The notes under the pieces were generated by a model that saw nothing but the letters and a program-made list of their open reading frames with translations, was not told the origin of the DNA and ran no database searches. Below, piece by piece: positions 39,990 through 49,996 of a stretch of 64,000 nucleotides of DNA; position 1 is the stretch's first letter, and the number at the start of each line of letters is the position of its first letter. Source of the stretch: Cenarchaeum sp. Its GTDB lineage: Archaea; Thermoproteota; Nitrososphaeria; Nitrososphaerales; Nitrosopumilaceae. The stretch spans positions 1,888,001-1,952,000 of the forward strand of contig OY843768.1 of the NCBI GenBank assembly GCA_963693095.2, in the 5' to 3' direction. Made by a program: the position numbers and the translations under genes.

Positions 39990-41330
39990 TCACCTGCCTT
40001 TGCCACATGACGTGTATGGCATCCCTAGCGCCCTTATGACCATCTCCTCTGTGGCAGGCTGAATTGGCGATGCGACGGCCAGACTCTTGACTAGGGCGCA
40101 CTCGTAATGCCGCCCCATGTCCTTTGCGACTAGCACGCCGCCTAGCTTTTTGCTCGTCTTGATCTTTTTTGTCAGCTTTGCCTGAAAATCTTTATCTGCG
40201 ACATAGTTGTACGGATCCTCGACGATTACCAGCGATTGCCGATCCCCAAAGTGCCCTATCTGGTCCTTGGTGAACAACTTGCGCAAGAGTCCACTGCGCG
40301 AGTTTGTGTGAAATATGTGCTCAAACCCAATGGCTGCCACGTCACGCGGCGCATATGCCTCAATGTAACAGTCGCAGACCCGCAGGTCGGCGAATTTGCC
40401 GTCCTCGATGGCAGGCTCTAGCTCTATCTCTTTTGTGACTGTGCTGAAATGGACATAGAGGCGCATCTCAAAGGCATACTGTAGGAACTTTCTGTGACAC
40501 AGGCCGCCCCTCCATGGGGCGTACTGGCCCGTGTCGTAAACCGGCATGCCGCGCGCCTCCATGAACCGAATCATCGACTCTAGGCCGTCGAGCGTGTTGG
40601 GTGCCGAGTCTTCGAGCTGGGGGGACTCGCGCGCCATGGACGCATAGTAGGCCAGGTCTGCCCTCTTTTTCACCATATTGGCGATCTTTTTGGGGGAGAG
40701 CCCCAGGAACGCATACGCCAGACGATAGTGGGCCCTGAGCCATGGATCAAGCGTTGCGGCAGGCTCTAGCCGCTGTCGCGCATAGATGTCCCGCGATATC
40801 TCTAGTGCCCTTTGAAACCCGTCGTCCTCATCATGGCGCATGTCCACGTCCACCCCTAGCATCCCTGCCCTCCTTTCAAGCAGGCCTATGAGCTTGGGCG
40901 CTAGGCTGCTGTGGGCCTTGGGGTTTGGGCTGGTGACGATTCTGTTGACGGCGCGGTTGACCATGTATTCTATGAGAATGCCCTCCCTAGTTGCGCGCTT
41001 GCCGTCTTGGCCAATGCTGAGGAGATCATTGCATATCTCGTATACCTCACCATACTCTTTGCGCTTCATGTAGACCTTGTCGATGATGGCCATTGCGATA
41101 CCGTCATTTGCGTGGCCTTTGCGAATCATGTCCGTGATGCCGGCTCGAAGGGCAGACGTTACGCGGTTCTTGGGGCCAATGCCGAGGTTTAGCGAGTCTA
41201 TGCTCTGCCATGCGTCCGTTAGGTCGTTATCATGGCTGTTCCTAAACTCGTCGCATATGTGCCGCAGCTTTGCAAGGATGACCTTGTCGTGGGCGCTGGG
41301 GGTCACAGGGCTCGTGGGATCGGGTTCCAT
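39990..41330 (-). CDS. ~445-aa helical plus REase-like protein, copy 2
   Basis: AFEMRLY...ELEP...GKFADL...YIEAY. Confidence 0.65.
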   Translation of the reverse strand: MEPDPTSPVTPSAHDKVILAKLRHICDEFRNSHDNDLTDAWQSIDSLNLGIGPKNRVTSALRAGITDMIRKGHANDGIAMAIIDKVYMKRKEYGEVYEICNDLLSIGQDGKRATREGILIEYMVNRAVNRIVTSPNPKAHSSLAPKLIGLLERRAGMLGVDVDMRHDEDDGFQRALEISRDIYARQRLEPAATLDPWLRAHYRLAYAFLGLSPKKIANMVKKRADLAYYASMARESPQLEDSAPNTLDGLESMIRFMEARGMPVYDTGQYAPWRGGLCHRKFLQYAFEMRLYVHFSTVTKEIELEPAIEDGKFADLRVCDCYIEAYAPRDVAAIGFEHIFHTNSRSGLLRKLFTKDQIGHFGDRQSLVIVEDPYNYVADKDFQAKLTKKIKTSKKLGGVLVAKDMGRHYECALVKSLAVASPIQPATEEMVIRALGMPYTSCGKGR

Positions 41331-41412
41331 GTGCCATGGTGGCGCGGCTTGCGGATATTGAACCTTGCAGTGTTGGGGCGGCCGTTAGGCGTGGGACGGC
41401 TGCCTGCTGCAC

Positions 41413-42447
41413 CTACGCCCTCGCTACTTTTGCGCGCCTGATGCCTGCTTCCAGCTCCCTTGCGCGCCTGAATGACCTGCTAGCCTCCTCACTGCGTCCT
41501 AGTTTACGTTGGCATATCTCTATATTATAATACGCGTTTGCCTCATCAGGCTTGATTGAGATGGCGTGCTCTATCTCCCCAATCGCCTCTTCATACTTGC
41601 CCTGCATCATTAAAGCTGCGGCGATATTTACATAAATGTCCGCATCGTCCGGATCCAGCACTGCTGCGCGCCTGTAGGACACGAGTGCCTCCTCAATGCG
41701 CCTAGTCTGGTACAGGCACAGGCCAATGTTATAGTGATGCCCCGCGTTCTCGGGCTCTAGGGCTGCAGCATGCCTGAATGCCTCGAGTGCCCCGCCATAG
41801 TTGCCCATTGCCCCTAGCATCTCTCCGATGTTTCTGTGCGGATCAGGATTGGTCCGATCCAGCCTTGCTGCCTCCCCGAACTTGAGTAATGCCTCATTAT
41901 CGCGTTTCAGATCCCTTAAAATGAGACCCATGCCGTGGTGGCCATATGCGTACGCTGGTTCTGCAATGATGGCATCCCTGAACGCCCTCATTGCCCCGTC
42001 TCTGTCCCCCATTCCGCGTAGCGTGTGTCCCATCATTACGCGTGCCTGAGGATCATTGCCGTTGAGCGACGCAGCGCCCTCTAGCTCCTCTTGCGCCTCC
42101 CTGCGCCTGCCAAGCTCGTGGAGGGCTATGGCCCTCATGCTGTGCGCATCGCCACTCTTGTCATCAATGGAGATGGCGCGATCTGCTGCCTCTAGTGCCT
42201 CCTTGTGGTGTTCAAGATTGCGCTCAATGTTGGCTAGCGTGACAAATGCTGCGGCATCGCCGTCCTCTAGCGCTATGGCACGATTTATTGCCCCTAGTGC
42301 CCTCTTGTACTCTCTTGACTTGTACAACGCCATGCCCTCTTTGAGGTATGCGCTATAGTCATTGGGGTTTTCTGTGGCCTCTGTTGGCTTTTTTAGTGCG
42401 TCTGCCTTGTCTGTGCTGCCTGCCTTGCCGTCTTTCTCGGCCTTCAC
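41413..42447 (-). CDS. TPR-repeat protein
   Basis: About 9 TPRs; ATTATAA about 22 nt upstream of the GTG. Confidence 0.9.
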   Translation of the reverse strand: MKAEKDGKAGSTDKADALKKPTEATENPNDYSAYLKEGMALYKSREYKRALGAINRAIALEDGDAAAFVTLANIERNLEHHKEALEAADRAISIDDKSGDAHSMRAIALHELGRRREAQEELEGAASLNGNDPQARVMMGHTLRGMGDRDGAMRAFRDAIIAEPAYAYGHHGMGLILRDLKRDNEALLKFGEAARLDRTNPDPHRNIGEMLGAMGNYGGALEAFRHAAALEPENAGHHYNIGLCLYQTRRIEEALVSYRRAAVLDPDDADIYVNIAAALMMQGKYEEAIGEIEHAISIKPDEANAYYNIEICQRKLGRSEEASRSFRRARELEAGIRRAKVARA

Positions 42448-42666
42448 AACCGTGGCTTGGTGGGTGCCGCATTATAATCCTTGTTGGAATGTCCGGCTCG
42501 TCCTGCATACAGGCATTGCAGTTGTGCCCCTCTAGAATGTGCTTTTCTTGTGCTGCGATCTCGTGCCATCTCCATTGCTCTTGTCGCACCGGTGGGGACT
42601 ATGCGTAAAACAGTGAACGCTTGTGGGTATTTGTGGACAGGGATGGGGTAATGGCGCTCTGATTTC

Positions 42667-44355
42667 CTAGCTAGCAAAATAGTCGTGAATTCTTATGATT
42701 GACTTGTAAAACTCTGTGTCCTCGAACCCGGTGCTAATGAACTTTGGCCCAATATCCTCCCCCTTCTTGACGATCCTCTCTAGATCTCCCTTTGGAACAT
42801 CAAAATGTTTTTCCAAATATGTCGGCCCATCAATTCCAAAACACAGACCGCCTAAAGCTTCAACATACTCGTCCTTTTTAGTCTCAAGCTCTTCTAGTGA
42901 CTCTTGCTTCATGTCAATTTTGTCAGCGATCTTTTTATTTTGCGCTCTTGCATTTTTCGCCCTCTCCCTGTTATTTTTAGCCTCTTCTTTTGGATCTTTT
43001 ACTTTGCCGTCTTTTTTCTCTAGATCTCCGTCCCAAATAACAAACTGCTTGATCTCGAGTGACTTGAACACATCACAAAAATTCTGCATACTCTCTTTAC
43101 CTCCACAGGCGACCACTGCTGCCTCTTCTTTTATGAGCGTGTCCATGATCGGTTGCCCATCGTGATTCGTTTCACGAAGTATTGTATTGATGATTGTCTC
43201 GTCCGTGTGCCCCTCTACCACTATCGCCCCGCTTGCAAATATTGCCTCCTCCATGGCCTTTATCATCCTGCCTCTAACTGGCAAATCTTTCAAGGTGTCC
43301 CCAGTATGAACGTGAACCCCCTTGCTGTCCCTTACCACCTTTCGTATCTCCATTGGGGTCTTTAGCGTAACCATGAGCGAAGAGTGCGTTGTGTACACGA
43401 CCTGGTGTGATGCGTTAGATAGTTTTTGCAATGCGAGTAGCAAAAGTCTCTGCCTCTGTGGGTGCTGATGCAGCTCTGGCTCGTCAATAATGACGAGCGT
43501 TAATGCGTTCTTGTCCTTCACAATCTTCTTTGCATCTCCTTCCTTCGTCTCTATCATTAGAATGTCTGCTCTGACCTCTAATGCCGCCATGTAAAACGCA
43601 CGTTTTGTTCCTTGACCCACGTATTTGTGCTCGATATTGCGATTATTGACTTTGTCGATTATTTTCAGATCAGTTTCTAGAGTGAGATCTGGATCTTTAA
43701 ACCTTAGCATGACTTTTGAGTTGGGTGCAGATCCGATTCCACCCCCTCCGCATAATTTGCGGTTTAGTGATCTTTCTACTCTTTCCAATTTGTCATTAAA
43801 CTGTTCTTGAAATGTTATCCGGCGTTCCTTCTCCTCTTCTTCCCCACTTGCAATATTCCTAACTGTGCCATCAATTATCTTTTCTAAAAGAGTGTTCTTT
43901 TTGTCTTCACCATCATCGTCTGTCTCGTGCTCTGCTGGAACGTATATCACATTCACATATTTTTTTAGAAATGCTTTACACTTTGCATTAGTATTGCCTT
44001 CCCACTCACCACTAACCTTGTTTTTCCACATGTACTGTGGAGTTGTAACTGTTATCTTGCCATCTCCAGCGTTCTCTGCATCTTCCGTCTCACATTTCCA
44101 CTCGCAGCGAATCTCACATTTGTCCTCTTCGCCAACGCCCTCAAACTTGACGGTTATGATGATCGATTCGCCGACATCGTTAAAGTCTTCCTTTTTTATC
44201 CTTCCTGATTTGTCGCTAAAGAACCTTTCAAGTGCCAGCAGGAACGATGTCTTGCCGGCGCCGTTGACGCCTATCAGCGCGGTCAGCTTGTCTAGGCTCA
44301 GCTCTGTGTCAACTATGGCGCGAAAGTTCTCCACTTTGAGCCTTGATACCCTCAT
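42667..44355 (-). CDS. OLD-family ATP-dependent endonuclease
   Basis: GVNGAGKT, GQGTKR, IIDEPELHQHPQRQR, TTHS, VEGHTD, IWDGD; start set by paralogue 58590-60275. Confidence 0.9.
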   Translation of the reverse strand: MRVSRLKVENFRAIVDTELSLDKLTALIGVNGAGKTSFLLALERFFSDKSGRIKKEDFNDVGESIIITVKFEGVGEEDKCEIRCEWKCETEDAENAGDGKITVTTPQYMWKNKVSGEWEGNTNAKCKAFLKKYVNVIYVPAEHETDDDGEDKKNTLLEKIIDGTVRNIASGEEEEKERRITFQEQFNDKLERVERSLNRKLCGGGGIGSAPNSKVMLRFKDPDLTLETDLKIIDKVNNRNIEHKYVGQGTKRAFYMAALEVRADILMIETKEGDAKKIVKDKNALTLVIIDEPELHQHPQRQRLLLLALQKLSNASHQVVYTTHSSLMVTLKTPMEIRKVVRDSKGVHVHTGDTLKDLPVRGRMIKAMEEAIFASGAIVVEGHTDETIINTILRETNHDGQPIMDTLIKEEAAVVACGGKESMQNFCDVFKSLEIKQFVIWDGDLEKKDGKVKDPKEEAKNNRERAKNARAQNKKIADKIDMKQESLEELETKKDEYVEALGGLCFGIDGPTYLEKHFDVPKGDLERIVKKGEDIGPKFISTGFEDTEFYKSIIRIHDYFAS

Positions 44356-44558
44356 TACCGCGATCTTGGCAGGTGCGTGATATATAACTTGATCGAACAT
44401 TCTGTTGTGCGAGAACGGCGCCACCGTCGGCTCGTGACTAGTGCCGGGTTCACCCATTGTGGCAACACCCGACCCCTTCCTAGAGTCGACTCCTCACACA
44501 TTCGTGAGGGGCCAGTCAGCCATTAACTATTATATTCCGGGCGGCGTCATGCCCTCGC

Positions 44559-46361
44559 ATGGACACAGGGCGCGAGGCAGGCGATACCGGGCCACCAGGT
44601 GCTGAAAAGCGCGTGAGCCAGAGTGATGACACAGACGTCATGTCGATCAGAACCAATGCCGTAGATATGCACAATACGGGACGCTATGAGGAGGCAATCA
44701 AAGCGTTTGAGCGCGCCGTCTCACTTGACCCGAAAAACCCCGTGATCTTTAGCAACATGGCCGCCACGCTAAATGCGCTGCGCCGCCCAAATGACGCGCT
44801 GACCGCAGCCGATACTGCCATCTCACTTGACCCAAACCACGCCGACTCGCACAGGAACAGGGCCGCTGCGCTGCACAACATGGGACGCTATGAGGAAGCG
44901 CTGACCGCAGCCGATGACGCCCTGGCACAGGGAGCCGATGACGCCAACCTCCACGCAAACAGGGCAGCCTCGCTAGGAGCACTTGGCCGTCACGGTGATG
45001 CCCTAAAGGAGTTTGAGCGCGCAATTGGGCTGGATCCCAATGACTGGAATATCCACTTTTACAAGGGGGTGGCACTGGCGGCACTGGGTCGACACGCCGA
45101 TGCAGCCGATGTCTTTGGCCATGCGTCAATGCTTGCGCCCGACCATGCAAGTCCCCACCGGAGCAGGGCAGTCGAGCTATGTGCCATCGATCGCCATAAT
45201 GAGGCGCTGAAATCCTTTGATCGCGCAATCGCGCTGGATCCCAATGATGCGCGCTCACATGGCGGAAGAGCCGCCATCTTGGGAGATCAGGGAAATTCTG
45301 ATGAAGCGCTGGAGTCCTTTGATCGCGCAATCGCGTTGAATCCAACAGACTCAGGTGTGCACGTCGGCAAGGGTCTTGTCCTGCGCTCCCTCCGTAAGCA
45401 CGATGACGCCTTGACGTCCTTTGAGCGTGCAATCGCCCTCGGTTCCACTGACGTGCGCGTGCACTTTGCCAAGAGCCTTTCCCTACGATCCCTTGGACGC
45501 AACGACGAGGCTCTCATGGCACTAGATCGCGCGATCTCCCTAGACCCAAATGACGCCATACTTTACAGGGAGAGGGCAGTTGTTCTTTATGAGCTAGACA
45601 GGCGTGATGACTCGCTGGATTCCCTTAACCACTCGATCGAGCTTGACCCCAATGACGCGATCACGCACAACCACAGGGGGGTCATTCTGCTTGAGCGTGG
45701 ACTGCCCGGCGAGGCCCTGGCGTCCTTTGAGCGAATGGCCGAGATCGCCCCAGATAATGCGGATGCCCACCTTGATACGGCGCACGCGCTGCGCGACCTT
45801 GGCCGCCATGAGGAGGCACTCAAAGCGCTAGATTGCGCAGGCGAGATTGCTCCCGACCGCATAGAGACGCTCAACACTAGGGGTCATGTCCTGTACCTTC
45901 TTGGCCGCCATGAGGAAGCACTCAGGGTACTCGATCACGTCATCTCAATGAGCGAAAATGACCGACACGCGCACTTTGGAAGGGCTGCCACGCTTTATGC
46001 CCTCGGGCGCCATGGGGAGGCGCTTGTTGCCATAGATCGCGCGATCGAGCTTGATCCCAATGATGTCGAGTCGCATGCCAACAGGGCTGCCATCATGTAT
46101 AAGCTTGGCCGCCATGATGACGCACGCGAGTCCTTTGAGAAAGCAAAAGAGCTAGACGCCGGCAATGCCGGCACTCGTTCGCACGCTGATAGCACACTGT
46201 CCAGGCTGATCCGGCGCGATAACTTGCGCAGCTTTGCTACGCGCGTCGCAGAGCCAGGTAAGCCATCACAACCACGTTCTAACAAAGATTTTCCATATGA
46301 TACACGTGGTGTCGGTGACCAAATGGTTGACACTGTACTAGAACTTACGCCTAGCGTCTAA
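44559..46361 (+). CDS. TPR-repeat protein
   Basis: About 15 TPRs; TATTATAT about 23 nt upstream. Confidence 0.9.
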   Translation: MDTGREAGDTGPPGAEKRVSQSDDTDVMSIRTNAVDMHNTGRYEEAIKAFERAVSLDPKNPVIFSNMAATLNALRRPNDALTAADTAISLDPNHADSHRNRAAALHNMGRYEEALTAADDALAQGADDANLHANRAASLGALGRHGDALKEFERAIGLDPNDWNIHFYKGVALAALGRHADAADVFGHASMLAPDHASPHRSRAVELCAIDRHNEALKSFDRAIALDPNDARSHGGRAAILGDQGNSDEALESFDRAIALNPTDSGVHVGKGLVLRSLRKHDDALTSFERAIALGSTDVRVHFAKSLSLRSLGRNDEALMALDRAISLDPNDAILYRERAVVLYELDRRDDSLDSLNHSIELDPNDAITHNHRGVILLERGLPGEALASFERMAEIAPDNADAHLDTAHALRDLGRHEEALKALDCAGEIAPDRIETLNTRGHVLYLLGRHEEALRVLDHVISMSENDRHAHFGRAATLYALGRHGEALVAIDRAIELDPNDVESHANRAAIMYKLGRHDDARESFEKAKELDAGNAGTRSHADSTLSRLIRRDNLRSFATRVAEPGKPSQPRSNKDFPYDTRGVGDQMVDTVLELTPSV

Positions 46362-46883
46362 AAGTCGAGGGTCGTTCACATCACGTACGCCGTCTCTAAT
46401 TTTGGCGATGCGCTCACGCAGTAATCCGACATGGTCACCCAGGTCTTCGATGTTGGAAATCTGTGCATCTGCTATGGCAATCTCGGCCTCGTTTACATCG
46501 TCCAGGGACTCGGACTCTAGATATCGGCTATACTGCCTCGCAAAAATGCTCATGTTGGTGGCAAGCTGGTTCAAAACCGTGTACACGCGATGGTCATGGG
46601 ACAGAGTCGTCATGTCAACAATCCGGATAAGGGCAAACTCGCATCTGTCTATCAGCTGTCCAACGGCCTTCAACGCGTCCTCATCTTCGGATTTTTGTGC
46701 GGCCTCTGCTTTGACACCTGCATTCAGCACATATACCATAAAAAAGATAGATAACAATCCGGCAATAAACATAACTATGTTCCCACCTTCCAAAAGCCAG
46801 ACAGAAAACAAGGTTGCGCCAAGCGCCGACAAAAACACCAAGAGTCGCAGTCCGGGTGGACATAGGCGGGATGATCTATTCAT
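46338..46883 (-). CDS. hypothetical 2-TM membrane protein
   Basis: Two N-terminal TMs plus a helical domain; ATGA-coupled to 46880-47635. Confidence 0.7.
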   Translation of the reverse strand: MNRSSRLCPPGLRLLVFLSALGATLFSVWLLEGGNIVMFIAGLLSIFFMVYVLNAGVKAEAAQKSEDEDALKAVGQLIDRCEFALIRIVDMTTLSHDHRVYTVLNQLATNMSIFARQYSRYLESESLDDVNEAEIAIADAQISNIEDLGDHVGLLRERIAKIRDGVRDVNDPRLLDARRKF

Positions 46884-47635
46884 TGCCCCACTACCTGCCT
46901 TAGATGCTGCACGTGTTCAAAGACGTCTTTGGTCAATCTCTTGCCATATCGAGGATTTCTCCGCTCCATGTACTTCACAAAGTCATGACTAGAGAGAATC
47001 GTGCCCGTCTTGCGTAGCGCAAACGTGGCCACGTGAAGCCAGTCAGAGCTCTTGTCTCTAACGATGTCAAGAAACGCTTGCAAGGCCATGTCTCTGACAT
47101 CAAACAGATTTTGGTTTGTAGTGGCCAGTCTGCGTCGGTACAGGTCGACGGCCATGTCAACAGAAAAAGCACCACTGGCCAAAAATCCAAATTTATACTC
47201 AAATGGAATTCCAAGCTGCTGCGCAATGTATGCGCATTTTTGGATCTTACGCTGTGTGACTGATGAATCGATAGTCTCATCTTCTTGCAGTATCTTGTTC
47301 TGGTACAAAAAGTCAACAAAACCAAATAGATGACTAATGCGCTCTACGCGCACTACACCAGCTCCCGCACGGGCTTGTTCTGTCGGAGATCGGAGTTTGT
47401 GTAAATGTGATACATGAAATTCGTCCCTGTGAAGCCGCGCAGCACGCAACGCTCGTAAATGTGATTCTGCAAGATCGATCTGAGCGGGAGGATCAAACCT
47501 CTGCCTAGAGTCCGAGTATCCAAGTGTCCGGATTTGCAGGTTTTCATACCAGTCTGAGAGGCGACTAGAGATCGTTGATGGGTCATCTGATTTTGATGTA
47601 GTGCGCCTCTCTGCTACCGACTCCCTCAACGCCAT
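46880..47635 (-). CDS. YwgA/SocA-like protein, subtype 1, copy 2
   Basis: C-terminal ~150 aa highly similar to 5127-5885; the N-terminal ~95 aa is diverged. Confidence 0.65.
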   Translation of the reverse strand: MALRESVAERRTTSKSDDPSTISSRLSDWYENLQIRTLGYSDSRQRFDPPAQIDLAESHLRALRAARLHRDEFHVSHLHKLRSPTEQARAGAGVVRVERISHLFGFVDFLYQNKILQEDETIDSSVTQRKIQKCAYIAQQLGIPFEYKFGFLASGAFSVDMAVDLYRRRLATTNQNLFDVRDMALQAFLDIVRDKSSDWLHVATFALRKTGTILSSHDFVKYMERRNPRYGKRLTKDVFEHVQHLRQVVGQ

Positions 47636-48238
47636 TACCCTAACCCTCCACAGGTGTTTAATAAAAAACTTTTGTTAATATGCGGCATATGGGGCCAGCT
47701 CTGCCCCCTCATGAACCTGGCACGATGCGCAGCGACATGCCCGCAGGATCAGGATCGTGCTGCATCGGCGGGCTATTTTTCAGCGGCCTTGGTTCCCACC
47801 TGGTCACTTTCATGCCCGGCAACATGGGAAAGTGATGTCCTCCCGGGGCTGCGTTCCCCGCCTTTGCAGTCATTGCGGGGTTGCCAACGCGCTGATCCAG
47901 GGACGTTGAGCTCATTCGTCCATGTTCCATAGGCTTTACCGTGTCCCCCGGAATCCATTCGTGGACGAGCCTGTTTGATTTAGGTGTACGCGCGAATGTC
48001 TAATGCCCTGATGGGATGACTTGGTAACAATAGCAGGCACTAGGTGCCTACATTCGGGCACAAGCACATGCATTTCTCTGTCCCAGCTTGTTCAGTGCAG
48101 GAGCCTGGACACGCCTTGCTCTAGATGTGTGATGGGTTGATCTTTGCCGTTACTGCCAGATCCACCGTCAGGCTCTCGTCCATGGCACATTCTCGCCAAT
48201 CGTACTATTTTTATAGGGCAACGCCGTCTAGCGCAGAT

Positions 48239-49909
48239 ATGAAACGACGGGCAACACGCGCTCCGGATACTGCCACTGATGACAGGGAGTTGTCATCTGG
48301 TGCTGCGGCCTCTGATGATCGTGCGCTAGTGCTAAATCCTTCAGCCGTGACGCCTGCCGTAAACGAGGCCATGGAGCTGTATCGCATGGGGAAAAAGAAG
48401 GATGCGCTAAAGGGCTTTGAGCGCGCGTTCGAGCTAGATCCTACCGACATTGCCTCACTCAACAACATTAGCGTAATCCAGTGCGAGCAGGGGCGCTATG
48501 AGGAGGCTCTTGCGTCATCAGAGCGCGCACTGGGCCTTGATCAGGATCACGCCAGATCGCACAGGGTACGGTCCATGGTGCTGTACCGCCTGGGCAGACA
48601 TGCCGAGACTCTTGACTCCATTGATCGCGCCATGTCGCTTGGCGACAATGACGCGCATGTGCACTTTGACAGGGGTCTTGCCCTATTCATGCTCAAACGT
48701 CTAGAGGAGGCACTCGACGAGTTTGAGCGAGCAATAAAGATTGCCCCCAATGACATCGAGCCGCGTCGATACAGGTCAAAATGCCTGCTAGAACTTCATC
48801 GCTATGATGATGCTCTAAAGTCACTGGATCGAGAGATTGCCCTTGAACCAAACTCCGAGTCATATGTGAACAGGGCTACCACGCTTGGAAATCTAGGCCG
48901 CCATGCCGAGGCGATCAAGGCTTTTGATGTGGCGATCAAGGCTTTTGATGTGGCGAACTCCCCTGATATCAATAAGGCAAAATTGCACTTTAACAAGAGC
49001 ATTGCCCAGACGCGCATGAACCTTCATGACGGCGCGCTAGCCTCACTAGACAGGACAATAGAGCTCGATCCCGCCTATGTGGACGCTTATCTAAACCGCG
49101 GCTACACGTTATCACAGCTTGATCGACTAGACGATGCCCTGGCATCTATCAGGCGCGCCGGAGAGCTGGATCCTGACAACCCCCGCGCTCCGTTTCACAT
49201 GGGCCTGACACTCTCAAAGCTGGGTCGCTATGCCGATGCATTAGGGTGCTTTGATCGTGCGGCAGCACTTGATTTGAACAACTCTGCTGTGCATGAGTCC
49301 CGCGCCCGCGTGCTTTTTAAGCTTGGCCGTCACGCTGATGCGTTTGGCGCAATTGACAGGGCGATTGCGGCAAATCCTGGTGATGGTGGACTGTACGTGG
49401 GTCAAGGCGCCATGCTTGCTAGTCTTGGTCGCCACGCCGATTCGCTGGCTTCATTTGATCGTGCAATCGAGCTGGCTCCCAATGACGCTGGAATACACAG
49501 TGATCGTGGCCTTGCCCTGTACAACCTTGGTCGCTACGCCGAGGCACTAGAGTCATACACCCATGCGGCCTCGCTCGTGCCGAGCGGCTCTGTATTCCGC
49601 TTTAACGTTGGTACTGCCCTGCGAGCCCTCGGCCGCCACGCCGAGGCACTCGCTGCCTTTGAGCAGGCAGCCAAGCTTGATCCGTCTGACTCCTCCCCCT
49701 TCAACAACCAGGGGGCCGTGCTGTGTGAGATGGGCCGCTATTCTGAGGCGGTGGTGGCATTTGAGCGCGCCATCGAGCTGGATCCCAGCAAGGCCATGGT
49801 TCATGCTGGAAAAGGCTATGCGCTGCAAGAGATGGGCCGCCACGCCGAGGCGCTAGCGTCCTTTGAGCGCGCGATCGAGATTGATCCCACACTGCCCCTG
49901 CCTCTATAG
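48239..49909 (+). CDS. TPR-repeat protein (subfamily A)
   Basis: ELYRMGKKKDALKGFERAFELDPTDIASLNNISVIQCE N-terminus; about 15 TPRs. Confidence 0.9.
   Translation: MKRRATRAPDTATDDRELSSGAAASDDRALVLNPSAVTPAVNEAMELYRMGKKKDALKGFERAFELDPTDIASLNNISVIQCEQGRYEEALASSERALGLDQDHARSHRVRSMVLYRLGRHAETLDSIDRAMSLGDNDAHVHFDRGLALFMLKRLEEALDEFERAIKIAPNDIEPRRYRSKCLLELHRYDDALKSLDREIALEPNSESYVNRATTLGNLGRHAEAIKAFDVAIKAFDVANSPDINKAKLHFNKSIAQTRMNLHDGALASLDRTIELDPAYVDAYLNRGYTLSQLDRLDDALASIRRAGELDPDNPRAPFHMGLTLSKLGRYADALGCFDRAAALDLNNSAVHESRARVLFKLGRHADAFGAIDRAIAANPGDGGLYVGQGAMLASLGRHADSLASFDRAIELAPNDAGIHSDRGLALYNLGRYAEALESYTHAASLVPSGSVFRFNVGTALRALGRHAEALAAFEQAAKLDPSDSSPFNNQGAVLCEMGRYSEAVVAFERAIELDPSKAMVHAGKGYALQEMGRHAEALASFERAIEIDPTLPLPL
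48910..48956. repeat. perfect 21-bp tandem duplication (AIKAFDV x2)
   Basis: ggcgatcaaggcttttgatgt occurs twice, followed by ggcga. Confidence 0.9.
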
Positions 49910-49996
49910 CGTTGCCCACACGGTGTTCCATGGCCTCATCGATCCATGCGTTGCGCAAAAACTAGCGCACGCTAGGCCTGCTTGACAATGGCCTCC

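Noticed and set aside
44490-44512. Hairpin cctcac-acattc-gtgagg resembling a tRNA arm
   Set aside because: No cloverleaf or T-loop consensus around it.
47650-48230. Expected ENTFA gene divergent from TPR 48239
   Set aside because: No ENTFA motif was found on the minus strand; the short ORF beginning MEHG at 47930 shows no further similarity.
3134-49909. Diversity-generating retroelement or retron acting on the TPR genes
   Set aside because: No reverse transcriptase is present, and repeat differences are not visibly adenine-specific.
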